In this document: piece by piece, positions 1 to 11,348 of the stretch
Numbering within the stretch: the stretch's first letter is position 1
Layout of the letters: every line of letters starts with the position of its first letter
Assembly (NCBI RefSeq): GCF_001194135.2
Contig: NC_068981.1
Location: 176,821,684-176,885,683 of the forward strand
Length of the DNA: 64,000 nt
Origin: Octopus bimaculoides
Lineage: Eukaryota
Direction: 5' to 3'
Made by a program: the position numbers and the translations under genes
The notes under the pieces: generated by a model
What the model was told of the DNA's origin: nothing
Databases searched by the model: none
Seen by the model: the letters and a program-made list of their open reading frames with translations, nothing else

Positions 1-30
1 TATCTATTTCTTTCCTGTTTTGCTCAACTT

Positions 31-31
31 C

Positions 32-78
<47 letters not shown>
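31..78. repeat. (GA)n/(GACA)n microsatellite
   Basis: Direct reading of tandem AG and GACA units. Confidence 0.95.
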
Positions 79-719
79 ATAGTTACGATTTTACAGCAGG
101 CCTAATCCGTCAACCAGTTTAAACATTATCATCTGACTCTTCAGTGCCTTTAACAGAGTTCATTCTTCTGCAAGAATTTGGACCATATCTCCTGTGTGTG
201 AGAATAAGTCTTTTCTTTCTTTCACTAGTCTCAAAAACTCTACCAAAGATAATGCGTGCTGTTCTTCTTCCCCAAAGTGAACTATATATATATATATGTA
301 ACTTCATATACAGTTTGATTTTAATACTAAGTGTTAGTTTGATTTTCAGTAGCAATAATTCAGTGTAAAAATATCACAGAATATATAAAGTGATTTGGTT
401 TTAAAAAATATTTAATTTTCATAAAGTTAGTACTAACATATGTAAAGCATGAAGCATAAAAAAAAAAGGTTAAATAGAAACAAATGGTGAAGAAAATAAA
501 AATGACATATTGTTTTAAAAAAAATAATTTTACTCAATGACCAATATTATTTGTTAAGCTTTCTTGTCAATATAGGAGACAACTCTGGAAATGTTTCAGT
601 CTTATTCTGACCTTCTCAGTGAAGACTAGACTTCGTAGTATTTGCCAGAGTCATTGTACAAATTCATTTCTTAAATGCATGTTATTTCATTTCTATCTTA
701 CATATGTTGTGATAAGACA

Positions 720-930
720 ACAAGCTGGCAGAAACATTAGCATACCTGATGAAATGCTTAGCACCATTCCTTCCAGCTTTACATTGTGAGCTCAAAAGCA
801 GCTGAGGTCAACTTTGCTTTACATTTTTTGGAGGGTTGATAAAATAAGTACCAGTTGAATATTGGAAGCAATGTAATTGAACTTACCCCCTCCTCTAATA
901 AACTGTTGGCCTCAGGCCTAAATTTGAAAC
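720..930 (+). mobile_element. SINE family C (head AGCTGGCAGAA..TTAGCA; core resembling the Meta-domain), diverged copy
   Basis: Matches the repeated unit also at 9392, 11349, 54270, 58960 and 62440. The core gtcaactttgc..gataaaataagtaccag resembles the MetaSINE core from recall. Confidence 0.8.
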
Positions 931-1149
931 CATTTTATATTTGTTATTAAACAATAATAAAGAGTTGGATATTCCTAGGTGTATCTGCCTTGTCACTCTC
1001 TTTTATTTTCTTTTGAACTACAAATATTAGAAAAGATCATTAAAACAAACTTAACATTTTACTAAAAAAAAGGGGTTATTTTGTTGACATAGACTGTTGA
1101 TGTAGTGTAACCTCATGTGAGCTCTGATTAAGTATACCCCATAGCATGT

Positions 1150-2640
1150 AGGCAGTCAGCCAAATGACTAGCGCAGCCTACAGATATACTGCTTCATACA
1201 TGCCACACCTCTGTGTAGTAGAAGACTATAGTTCACCTTCTGACAAAAAGTAGGTAATTGTATGGGGTACAGTATGATATGTGGTCTATGGTGTACCTTC
1301 TTCATTGTCCAGTCTAGTTTTGTATGTTTGCAGATGCTGGTGGTAGTGTCAGCCACAGCAAACTCAGTCAAGACATGACAGCTACATTTCTTTGCACACC
1401 TCTGCAACATCTCTGGTATGCATCCCAGTACAGTGTATGGGGGCTATTGTAGACCCTGCTACTTTTGTGCCTAATGCCTGTTTGGACTGGATAAGAAGAA
1501 GAATATTTTCAGGCGCAGGAGTGGCTGTGTGGTAAATAGCTTGCTTACCAACCACATGGTTCCGGGTTCAGTCCCACTGCGTGGCACCACGGGCAAGTGT
1601 CTTCTACTATAGCCTCAGGCCGACCAAAGCCTTGTGAGTGGATTTGGTAGACGGAAACTGGAAGAAGCTCGTCATATATATGCATATGTATATATATATA
1701 TGTGTGTTTGTGTGTCTGTGTTTGTCCCTCCGAACATCGCTTGACAACCGATGCTGGTGTGTTTACGTCCCCGTAACTTAGCGGTTCAGCAAAAGAGACC
1801 GGTAGAATAAGTACTAGGCTTATGAAGAATAAGTTCTGGGGTTAATTTGCTCGACTAAAAGGTGGTGCTCCAGCATGGCCACAGAGAGAATGTAGTGTCG
1901 AGGATGATCGCTGCTGTAGAAGACGTACCTTCTTGCTTATGGGTGGGAACTGATCGTACATGTAATGGCAGAGATAGTAAAACTGGAGTCTGTTGCAGCA
2001 TCAAATTTCACATCTTATAAGTTCAGGTGTTCTTTGATTTTTAGCATTTATTTTGTTATACAGAAAAGCTATGGGTGTGGTCTTTATGCAACCTATAATG
2101 ATGTGAAGAACACAGTATTGTTCTTTGTAGTTAATTTATGGTTTGTTGCAGAAAGATCACCACAATTGTTGCTTCTTTGCATTTACCAAATGCATATTTT
2201 GCATGTTTATACATCAGCTTGCTTTTGTCGTTGTTGCTGTTGATTTCTGTCTGCGTCTGCTGTGAATGTTATAGAAGTGTTGCATGTAAATCCTAGTATT
2301 TTGTCGACTTTGTGGTAAGTATGTTTATGTGTCTGTAGGTGTGTGTATGTTGGTTGCATTTTCCTGGAGCTTTTACTATGGAGGGGAAAGATTTGCAGTG
2401 ACTGATTAACTCCGACTGTGCTGCTTCCACACCAGACCTGGCTACTGATTGTCCCAAGGTGTAAATATTTTGTACATACAAAATAAAAGGATTGTTTTTA
2501 TGTTCGGATGTTTTCTTGTTCCGATATTTTTCCTCTAACATTTATGTAAAGAATTGTGTGGCACCCTTCCAGTGCCAACCAATTTTACCTCTTACAGGTT
2601 GCTTGTAAAGAACACAATCGTTTTGAGTACAAGGATTTTA
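1150..2640 (-). mobile_element. Degraded I/Jockey-group LINE, RT C-half to C-terminus, interrupted by a SINE
   Basis: Minus-strand remnants in the expected order: RVPHNS (GVPQGS-like), ILYVQNI (YADD-like), KILGFTCNTSITFT (thumb), QNTVLHIIIGC, HLQTYKTRLDN..PHTI. Many stops and frameshifts. Confidence 0.7.
1512..1884 (+). mobile_element. tRNA-derived SINE family A, near full length
   Basis: A-box-like TGGCTGTGTGGT and B-box-like GGTTCAGTCCC, central GCCTTGTGAGTGGATTTGGTAGACGGAAACTG block, internal TA/TG repeat. More than 15 related copies in the window. Confidence 0.92.
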
Positions 2641-2724
2641 ATTGATATAGAGTTAAAGTAACTGGGCAGTTGTCTAGAGCAGCAATACCCAACCCTTTTT
2701 ACACCACTGACCAAGAGATGACAC

Positions 2725-3152
2725 CAACCCTGGATTAACTATTAAGCAAAACAAGTCTGTGCTTAGGGCAGCAAGGGATGGGGCGGCAGGACCACAGAAA
2801 TGGTAAATGGTTTACGACACAAAAGAAATCATTTCAAGCTTGCTAAAATACTATTCAGGGTGTCTTATCTCTACTAAATGTAGAAGCAGATGTGTTACAT
2901 AAGATTAATTTTGAGGATCTGATCAAAGACTTTGCAATTAAAAAATGTAGGTGAAAACTTTTCAAATATAAATAAAGTGGAAGTATACAAAAATAAACAT
3001 TATTTTTCATTTTACTGTTAATTTTGTTTCATTTTGAAAAATAAAAATTCACATTATGGTTTATTATTGCTTATATTGTGAATTACACATATATGGAGGC
3101 AAAAAAATTTTTTAAGTGCTTAGGGTCTTCTATGGATCTAAATCCAGCCCTA
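2725..3152 (+). mobile_element. hAT deletion derivative retaining the transposase C-terminus
   Basis: Perfect 8-bp TSD GATGACAC (2717-2724, 3153-3160) and imperfect TIRs around CTGGATT. 2865-2954 encodes LSLLNVEADVLHKINFEDLIKDFAIKKCR*, typical of hAT/ZMYM1-like transposase ends. Confidence 0.85.
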
Positions 3153-3237
3153 GATGACACACATAACAAAACACAAAAAAGCGTATAATATTTTAAAATA
3201 TTATCAAGTACATTAATTATTACATATATAACAAATC

Positions 3238-3441
3238 AGTACCGCCTGACTGGCCTTCATGCCGGTGGCACGTAAAAGCACCCACTACACTCTCGGAGTG
3301 GTTGGCGTTAGGAAGGGCATCCAGCTGTAGAAACTCTGCCAAATCAGATTGGAGCCTGGTGTAGCCATCTGGTTCACCAGTCCCCAGTCAAATCGTCCAA
3401 CCCATGCTAGCATGGAAAGCGGACGTTAAACGATGATGATG
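3238..3441 (+). mobile_element. Family B: RTE-LINE 3' end with (GAT)n tail
   Basis: GGAAGGGCATCCAGCTGTAGAAACTCTGCC core ending in GATGATGATG; same unit as the long copy at 19815-20552. Confidence 0.88.
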
Positions 3442-3681
3442 TAATGCATATATACTGCAAGAACACTCTACAGACAGCAATTGTCAATAGAATAGAAATA
3501 AAATTTTAAAATTTATACTTTCTGTGCAACCTGGTACCAAATGTTCAATAGCCTGCTACTGGTCCATGGTTCAGTAGTTGGGAACCCTTTGGTCTAGGGC
3601 ACAGGGAAAAGATGAAAGTGATGTCATCTGAATATGAGGCAGTGTGTATTCTTTGTGGAGAAGTAAGGTTTTGTAGGTATA

Positions 3682-4072
3682 TACTCTTTTACTTTTTTAC
3701 TTGTTTCAGTCATTTGACTGCGGTCATGCTGGAGCACCACCTTTAGTCGAGCAAATCGACCTCAGGACTTATTCTTTGTAAGCCTAGTACTTATTCTACC
3801 GGTCTCTTTTTGCTGAATCGCTAAGTTATGGGGATGTAAACACACCATCATCGGTTGTCAATCGATGTTGGGGGACAAGCACAGACACACAAACACACAC
3901 ACATATATATGACGGGCTTCTTTCAGTTTCCATCTACCAAATCCACTCCCAAGGCTTTGGTCGGCCCGAGGCTATAGTAGAAGACACTTACCCAAGATGC
4001 CACGCAGTGGGACTGAACCCGGAACCATGTGGTTGGTAAGCAAGCTACTTACCACACAGCCACTCCTGTGCC
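3682..4072 (-). mobile_element. tRNA-derived SINE family A, full length
   Basis: Reverse complement of the 1512 unit, including the TACTCTTTTACT tail. Confidence 0.92.
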
Positions 4073-4349
4073 TGTATGTTAAAAAGAGTGAGTGAAAGAA
4101 TGGATCCTTGTCGTGTTCTGTGCAGGGAATGAGAAAGCTTCTACATGATTACTTAAATTGACAGAAATAGCAGTTAAATCCTCTTCAAATTTTACTCTAC
4201 CACCTTAAGAATGGATGAAAACTGTTTAAAAATAATACTTAATCTTGATAACCAATCTTAAGATTAACATATGTTGTTGAAATAATGTAAAAATGTTATT
4301 AAAATAGGTTTAATGGAAAGATATTTATCTACATAGCCATTTGCTCAAA

Positions 4350-4366
4350 CAATGAAAGAGGAAGGG

Positions 4367-4419
<53 letters not shown>

Positions 4420-4486
4420 TAGAGAAAGAGAGAGAGAGAGGGAAAGAGAGAGAGAGAGAGCGTGTGTGTGTGTGTGTGTGTGTGTG
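4350..4486. repeat. (GA)n then (GT)n compound microsatellite
   Basis: Direct reading. Confidence 0.95.
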
Positions 4487-4974
4487 CGCGTATAGTCACT
4501 CGACCTGCTAGAAACAGCAGTCAAATCTTCTTGACAGACACTCTGCAGTCATAAAAAAAGAAAAGACACATTAGATCATGTATTCGGTCAGTTGTTGTTT
4601 AGCCCTGTGTTGTCCATGATCAATAGTGGACATCCATTACCCCTCAAACTGCATTAATGTGTTCCCCTTCATGAAAGCAGTAATATGATTCAAATGAAGA
4701 TTAACAGCTACTTCTAGCTCATCGAGTGATTACATAGGGAAGGGGTAGGTTCTCTTGTTGGCTTATGAGTTTTATAGCTAGGTAAATTGATAGAAGAGTC
4801 GACTAACAGTTAAGAGGTCACCAGTTTGTATCTTAATATTAATCAAGGTACAGATATGACAGTGATTCTTCAGAACCTTTAGTTCCAAAACCTTTCTAGA
4901 TAAGTGATTTTTCTGAACCAGAGAAGGTCACCTTGGTTAACACATTCTAAGTTAAAACAAACAGATATTAAATC

Positions 4975-5200
4975 TGTGGCCTTGTAATAAGAAGAAGTTT
5001 GCTTCCCAATCACATGATTCCTTGGGCAAGTGTCTTCTACTATAGCCTCAGGCTGGCCAAAACCTTGTGAGTGGATTTAGTGGATGGAAACTAAAAGAAG
5101 CCTATCATGTATGTGTGTGTGTGTGAGAGATTTATTCAACAAAAATTCTTCAAGGTGGTGCCCCAGCATGGCCACAATCTAAGGACTGAAACAAGAAAAA
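4975..5200 (+). mobile_element. SINE family A, internally deleted and diverged
   Basis: Head, central block and tail motifs present with deletions. Confidence 0.75.
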
Positions 5201-5294
5201 AGAAATTAAATACATGCACCAGTACATTGGCATAAATGATACAAGTTTTTTTTAATTTATACTGCACTCTGCAAGGTACCAATAAACCAGTCTG

Positions 5295-5327
<33 letters not shown>

Positions 5328-5440
5328 GTTTAACATCCACTTTCCATGCTAGCATGGGTTGGACGATTTGACTGAGGACTGGCGAACCGGATGACTACAC
5401 CAGGCTCCAATCTGATCTGGCAGAGTTTCTGCAGATGGCT
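5295..5440 (-). mobile_element. Family B RTE 3' end, short copy
   Basis: (CAT)n followed by cgtttaacatccactttccatgctagcatgggttggacg. Confidence 0.88.
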
Positions 5441-5544
5441 GCAGGAATTTGAAGTTCCTGTTTATGAATTCATGGGATCTTTGTCTTGCAAGTTGCTTGG
5501 TGACCCTGCCAGTGCTGATACCTTGTAAACACAAACCAAAACTG

Positions 5545-5745
5545 ACCTCACCGATCGTGGTCAGTACCATGTAAAAAGCACTCAGTTCACTCTGCTGGGT
5601 GGTTGGTGTTAGGAAGGGCATCCAGCTGTAAAAAGCATGCTAAAATATACACAGTAGACTGGTGCAGGCCCCTGCCTGGCTGCTCCTGTCAAATTGTCCA
5701 ATCCATGCCAACACGGAGGGTGAACATTAAACGTGACGATGAAGA
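5545..5745 (+). mobile_element. Family B-related RTE 3' end, diverged
   Basis: aggaagggcatccagctgta core and degenerate GATGA tail; inverted relative to the 5295 copy. Confidence 0.75.
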
Positions 5746-5821
5746 GGTTCCAAACTATCAGTGCCTTGAAAGTCAGTGTTGTACTTAACTTTTGCTGGTT
5801 TCATCTACCAAACTTTCACAG

Positions 5822-5849
5822 GTACCCTGATTAGTTTAAGCTCACCAAG
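5822..5849 (+). CDS. Candidate 28-nt micro-exon (phase 1 to 2), (G)TLISLSSP(R)
   Basis: Acceptor ctttcacag, donor AAG|GTAGGC. A 79-nt intron would join 5929-5953, (R)NAIHCIL*. No homology recognised. Confidence 0.25.
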
Positions 5850-7273
5850 GTAGGCATCAAGAACATTGTTACGGTTGGCAGGGACTAGCAGTTTGCTTTT
5901 GATTCAGATCTTCATTTGTGTCTTGCAGAAATGCAATTCATTGCATCCTCTAAAAATCAGCTGGATCACAAAGTGTCCAGCCTCACTGTGACATTTTGAA
6001 TGATAGGATGAAGTGAAGAGAAAGAAAGAAAGAGCGAGAGCAAGAGACAGGCAGACAGATAAAACCAGTGAAGAAAACTGTAACAGGTTTGGTAACTAGG
6101 CATATACTAAATTTATATCCATAATCTGTATTATAGATAAGATGATCACAAGAGGTCCATCAGTAACAAGTGAAATGATCATGTACATTTAATTAGCAAT
6201 TAGTAATTTACTTAGAAGGAAGTTGACAAAAGATTAATAATGCTGTCTTCATTTGTTCACAACCAAATAGCTATGTTGGAAATTGAACAGCAGGTATACA
6301 GGATATATATATATATATATACCCCTGTATCCTTTTAATATCATAACTAATTAATTCTGTCGATTTCTAATTAACAGCATCGTTAAATATTTCATTGTTC
6401 TTGATGTGTTAAAAACTTGTTGATTAATAATTAAAGGAGTTCATTAAAATCTATTATTATTTTCTTTTGGAATTTTGGTTATAATTACATTTTTTTTTTT
6501 TTGGAAGGCAACAGATACAAATCTAAAATATTAATAAGTAATAATTTAGTGGGTGTGGATTATCATATGTATTAATCACTATGGCAACAGCTACTGAGCT
6601 GCTACTGTTTTTTTTTTGTTTTTTTTAAGGGATAGTATTTATANNNNNNNNNNNNNNNNNNNNNNNNNNNNNNNNNNNNNNNNNNNNNNNNNNNNNNNNN
6701 NNNNNNNNNNNNNNNNNNNNNNNNNNNNNNNNNNNNNNNNNNNNNNNNNNNNNNNNNNNNNNNNNNNNNNNNNNNNNNNNNNNNNNNNNNNNNNNNNNNN
6801 NNNNNNNNNNNNNNNNNNNNNNNNNNNNNNNNNNNNNNNNNNNNNNNNNNNNNNNNNNNNNNNNNNNNNNNNNNNNNNNNNNNNNNNNNNNNNNNNNNNN
6901 NNNNNNNNNNNNNNNNNNNNNNNNNNNNNNNNNNNNNNNNNNNNNNNNNNNNNNNNNNNNNNNNNNNNNNNNNNNNNNNNNNNNNNNNNNNNNNNNNNNN
7001 NNNNNNNNNNNNNNNNNNNNNNNNNNNNNNNNNNNNNNNNNNNNNNNNNNNNNNNNNNNNNNNNNNNNNNNNNNNNNNNNNNNNNNNNNNNNNNNNNNNN
7101 NNNNNNNNNNNNNNNNNNNNNNNNNNNNNNNNNNNNNNNNNNNNNNNNNNNNNNNNNNNNNNNNNNNNNNNNNNNNNNNNNNNNNNNNNNNNNNNNNNNN
7201 NNNNNNNNNNNNNNNNNNNNNNNNNNNNNNNNNNNNNNNNNNNNNNNNNNNNNNNNNNNNNNNNNNNNNNNNN

Positions 7274-7328
<55 letters not shown>

Positions 7329-7351
7329 TTTTTCTTTTACCTCTACTTCAG

Positions 7352-7391
7352 CTAAGCATACAAGTGCTAAAATTCTCCCACCCTCCAACAG
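7352..7391 (+). CDS. Candidate 40-nt exon (phase 1 to 2), (A)KHTSAKILPPSN(R)
   Basis: Strong acceptor tttttcttttacctctacttcag, donor CAG|GTGATG, open frame. Read-through gives R then stop. Confidence 0.38.
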
Positions 7392-7485
7392 GTGATGTAG
7401 TCATTAAGTAAATAACCCAAACAAGAATGATGATGATGATGATTATGATAAAGCTACACCCTCTTCTACACTTACTGATATTACA

Positions 7486-7520
<35 letters not shown>

Positions 7521-8391
7521 ATGTGCGTGTATGTATATTTATGCGTGTGTATATATGTGTGTATGTATATCTATGTGTGTGTGTACATGTATATATGTGT
7601 GTCTGTGTTTACGTATGTACATATATCTGTATCTATGCATATAAGCCAGCATTCATGTATATNNNNNNNNNNNNNNNNNNNNNNNNNNNNNNNNNNNNNN
7701 NNNNNNNNNNNNNNNNNNNNNNNNNNNNNNNNNNNNNNNNNNNNNNNNNNNNNNNNNNNNNNNNNNNNNNNNNNNNNNNNNNNNNNNNNNNNNNNNNNNN
7801 NNNNNNNNNNNNNNNNNNNNNNNNNNNNNNNNNNNNNNNNNNNNNNNNNNNNNNNNNNNNNNNNNNNNNNNNNNNNNNNNNNNNNNNNNNNNNNNNNNNN
7901 NNNNNNNNNNNNNNNNNNNNNNNNNNNNNNNNNNNNNNNNNNNNNNNNNNNNNNNNNNNNNNNNNNNNNNNNNNNNNNNNNNNNNNNNNNNNNNNNNNNN
8001 NNNNNNNNNNNNNNNNNNNNNNNNNNNNNNNNNNNNNNNNNNNNNNNNNNNNNNNNNNNNNNNNNNNNNNNNNNNNNNNNNNNNNNNNNNNNNNNNNNNN
8101 NNNNNNNNNNNNNNNNNNNNNNNNNNNNNNNNNNNNNNNNNNNNNNNNNNNNNNNNNNNNNNNNNNNNNNNNNNNNNNNNNNNNNNNNNNNNNNNNNNNN
8201 NNNNNNNNNNNNNNNNNNNNNNTTTTTTTTTTTTTTTTGTAGTTATGCAGCAATGGAGAATATCAATGACAACAACTATAACAATAACAGTATTAAACTA
8301 TATCAAAAATACAGAATTGCTAGCAAAGAAATTTAATTGAATGACAAAATTAACATTAATATGAGGAGAAATAACAGTATTGAATGTATTA

Positions 8392-8395
<4 letters not shown>

Positions 8396-8471
<76 letters not shown>

Positions 8472-8590
8472 CAACATCATCATCATAGTAATAATAATGA
8501 TGATGATGATTATGATGATAATAATGATGGTAATATTAGTAATAATAATAATAATAATAATTTTAATTATTATCATGATTACAATAATTT
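8396..8590. repeat. Compound (AAT)n/(CAT)n/(GAT)n trinucleotide array
   Basis: Direct reading; source of the poly-N and poly-I ORFs. Confidence 0.95.
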
Positions 8591-8644
8591 CTCTAAGTGC
8601 AACAAAATGGGAGCATCGCAGCAATTAATATTAATACTAAAATC

Positions 8645-8815
8645 GTTGTTGTTTAGCCCCGAGTCACTTTTAATAGACCTCCGATTGAGAAAATATTCCA
8701 GCTGTGATCATTCTATCTGCTTGGAGCTATGTAGGACTACATTACATTATCTAACGTGTCCTTTCCTTGTTTATAAGGTGAGGGATATTGGGCTGTTGTT
8801 TCTATCAGGTAGAGC
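8645..8815 (+). mobile_element. Interspersed repeat family F (ttgtttagccccgagtc..gctgctatttctagcag type), diverged
   Basis: Related segments near 4120-4260, 4497-4620, 30530-30700, 51075-51255 and 58005-58140. Class not determined. Confidence 0.55.
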
Positions 8816-8953
8816 AAACTAGATGAGGTATGAGATTGTAGAGAGAAAACGAGATAATCTAGTTTCCATTTAGAAGAATTTACACCAAAGCATTTTTTTT
8901 TTTTGGTTTTTGGTTTTTGGTTTTTTTTTTCTCTTTTCTTTCTTTTTACCTAG

Positions 8954-9056
8954 TAGATTTAACACTGCTGCTGCAGCAATGAAAAGCTTCCATACCTACT
9001 GTGCCAGCATGCCTGGAAATTGTAATACCAATACAGCAGACTGCATGATATATTGA
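8954..9056 (+). CDS. Candidate terminal exon (phase 2), (R)FNTAAAAMKSFHTYCASMPGNCNTNTADCMIY*
   Basis: Very long pyrimidine tract, tandem TAGTAG acceptor that keeps the frame either way, GC above flanks, phase-compatible with 7352-7391. No homology recognised. Confidence 0.4.
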
Positions 9057-9267
9057 ACAGTCTGTTTTAGACTATTCACTTTTTTTTCCTTTTTTTTTAC
9101 TTGGAACAACTCCACCCACACTCTTCACACCGTAATGAAAGGAATGTGGGGGAAATGTGAAAAAAGGAAAAAATTAAAAAAAGAAAATTGTAGCTAATAA
9201 TTTTTTTCCCCCCACTTTCATTATAATTTAATGAAAATATACTATTCTTTCATGTGAAAAACAATGC

Positions 9268-9342
9268 ATCATCATCAGCACCACCACCACCACCACCACC
9301 ACCACCATCATCATCAACATCATCATCATCATCACCATTACC

Positions 9343-9376
<34 letters not shown>

Positions 9377-9390
9377 TCATTACTACTACA
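9268..9390. repeat. (CAT)n/(CAC)n compound array
   Basis: Direct reading. Confidence 0.93.
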
Positions 9391-9391
9391 G

Positions 9392-9602
9392 CAAGCTGGC
9401 AGAATCATTAGCATGCTGAACAAAATGCTTTAGCAGCATTTTGTCTGTTATTACATTCTGAGTTCAAATTCCACTGTGGTCAACTTCACATTTCATCCTT
9501 TCAGGGGTCAATAAACTAAGTACCAGTGAAGTGCTGGGATTCATGTAATCGACTTAACCTTCCCTCAAAATTTCAGGCCTTGTGACTTTAGCAGAAAGGA
9601 TT
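9392..9602 (+). mobile_element. SINE family C
   Basis: Full head-core-tail match ending gcagaaaggatt. Confidence 0.85.
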
Positions 9603-9956
9603 TCAGGGTTGATAAAATATGTACCATTTGAGCAGTATCTATCCCTCCCCACAAAATTTCAAACCTTGTGGATGTAGTTTAAAGAATTATTATCCTCTGT
9701 TATATCCTTTCATGTGGTAGTATTTCCCCTTGATTCATATTGACCCCACGTTTTTGCTTTTGTAACCCTTTTGTGCTGGAACTTGTCTTTTGCTAGTGTC
9801 CTCCATGTCTTGGGCCCTTGTGGCCAATAAAAGAAATCATTATGATTACTATTCTTTTAACTCAGGTTTTACTAGAACTCTTGGAGTCTTGCATGCATAG
9901 TAGGCTTGCTACCTGCAGGCTACAGTACCATGCTATCTGTTCTTTTAAACTATCTA

Positions 9957-10184
9957 TTAGGTTGTCCGGAAAGTTCGTGTCGATTTATAGTAGCTTACCT
10001 TTCGACTTATTTGTCATGAAACCACCTCAATCCTGGGAAGAGGGTATTTTCAAGTTAAAGGAAAAATGGAGATGCATTGTGCAACAAAATGGTTCATATT
10101 TGGTTGATTAAATATGTAACAGCAAGTATTTATTGACCTTTTTCTTTCCTTTAAAAATTGGCACGAACTTTCCAGACAACCCAA
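9957..10184 (+). mobile_element. Mariner deletion derivative (MITE) with transposase C-terminus
   Basis: About 30-bp TIRs TTAGGTTGTCCGGAAAGTTCGTG / CACGAACTTTCCAGACAACCCAA, TA TSD on both sides. Encodes WEEGIFKLKEKWRCIVQQNGSYLVD*, a mariner C-terminal signature. Confidence 0.9.
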
Positions 10185-10189
10185 TATTT

Positions 10190-10375
10190 TCTTGATGATT
10201 CTGGCCATGCCATGGAGGTAGACCTTTTGTAACAGCTCTTATGGGCACTCTATTCCCATTTCCTTTATATTCCTCTTGATGCCTTTTCATACTGTCTCCT
10301 AATATCCAACAATAACTGACACTATCTTCACCTTCTTCATTTCCATAGTTGGACTTATCACCTCCACCTTAGCAA
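10190..10375 (-). mobile_element. R4/Dong-type RLE LINE fragment, degraded
   Basis: Minus translation KVKIVSVIVGY*ETV*KGIKRNIKEMGIECP*ELLQKVYLHGMARII parallels the 29412 copy. Confidence 0.7.
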
Positions 10376-10426
10376 AGGCAGAGGTATTGCTTTTCAGTCA
10401 TGTGTGTTTGTTTGTCCATGGACAAG

Positions 10427-10811
10427 TGGAGGCGCAATGGCTCAGTGGTTAGGGCAGCGGACTCGCGGTCATAGGATCGTGGTTTCGATTCCCAGACCGG
10501 GCGTTGTGAGTGTTTATTGAGCGAAAACACCTAAAAGCTCCACGAGGCTCCAGCAGGGGATGGTGGCGAACCCTACTGTACTCTTCCACCACAACTTTCT
10601 CTCATTCTTACTTCTTGTTTCTGTTGTGCTTGTAATTCAAAGAGTCAGCCTTGTCACGCTGTGTCACGCTGAATATCCTCGAGAACTACGTTAAGGGTAC
10701 ACGTGTCTGTGGAGTGCTCAGCCACTTGCACGTTAATTTCACAAGCAGGCTGTTCCGTTGATTGGATCAACTGGAACCCTCGACATCGTAAGCGATGGAG
10801 TGCCAACAACA
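10427..10811 (+). mobile_element. tRNA-Arg-like SINE (possibly octopus OR-type), young copy
   Basis: tRNA head with TGGCTCAGTGG, GACTCGCGGTC and GGTTTCGATTCCC. 9-bp TSD ATGGACAAG (10418-10426, 10812-10820). The family name is from recall only. Confidence 0.9.
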
Positions 10812-11348
10812 ATGGACAAGATATCTCAAGAACCGCTGACTGTGTTGGTGGCTTAACAAAAGAGACCAGTAGAATAAGTACCAGGCTTAATCAGATAAGT
10901 ACCAGAGTCAAATCATTCAACTATTAAATTCTTCAAGTTGATGCTCCAGCATGGCCACAATCAGATCACTGAGACAAGTAAAAGATAAAAGATATATTGC
11001 TGATGGAAACTTAATAATAGTCAATCGATGGGCAGCACCAGTTTAAATTGATTCTAACCCAGGCAAGAAAGTAAAATCAATATGTAAAAGCTGATAGATC
11101 AATAGGATCATCAGGTTATTTATTTAATTTTCCCTTTTTTTATATTTATACAGAAAGCTTTGGTCTTTGCTGTCTGAATTTTAAAGATGAAGTGAAATGC
11201 AAAAAAAGACCTGTGTGGTAAGAAGTCTGATTTCCAACCACAAGCTTCAGGATTCAGTCACACTGCATGGAACCTTAAGCAAGTGTCTATAGCCTCAGGA
11301 TGACCAAACCCTTGTGAGTGGATTTGGTCCATAGAAATTGAAAGAAGC

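Larger units (their letters stand above)
2680..3591. mobile_element. hAT/Charlie-type non-autonomous element carrying two nested insertions
   Basis: Degenerate TIRs CAGCAATACCCAAC / GTTGGGAACCCTTTG. 8-bp TSD GTCTAGAG (2672-2679) and GTCTAGGG (3592-3599). Confidence 0.75.

Noticed and set aside
6616-8336. Long ORFs of 206-281 aa around the N gaps (also at 11530-12232, 12793-13657, 13685-14115, 20734-21444)
   Set aside because: They are open only because N runs and (GT)/(CA)/(TA)/(GATA) repeats lack stops.
8298-8822. Poly-Ile and poly-Asn/His/Asp ORFs (also 45508-45856)
   Set aside because: Translations of (AAT)n/(CAT)n microsatellites with no domain content.
10427-10505. Functional tRNA-Arg gene (also 43625 and the SINE A heads)
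   Set aside because: The tRNA-like part is fused to a SINE body with TSDs and lacks a proper acceptor stem.
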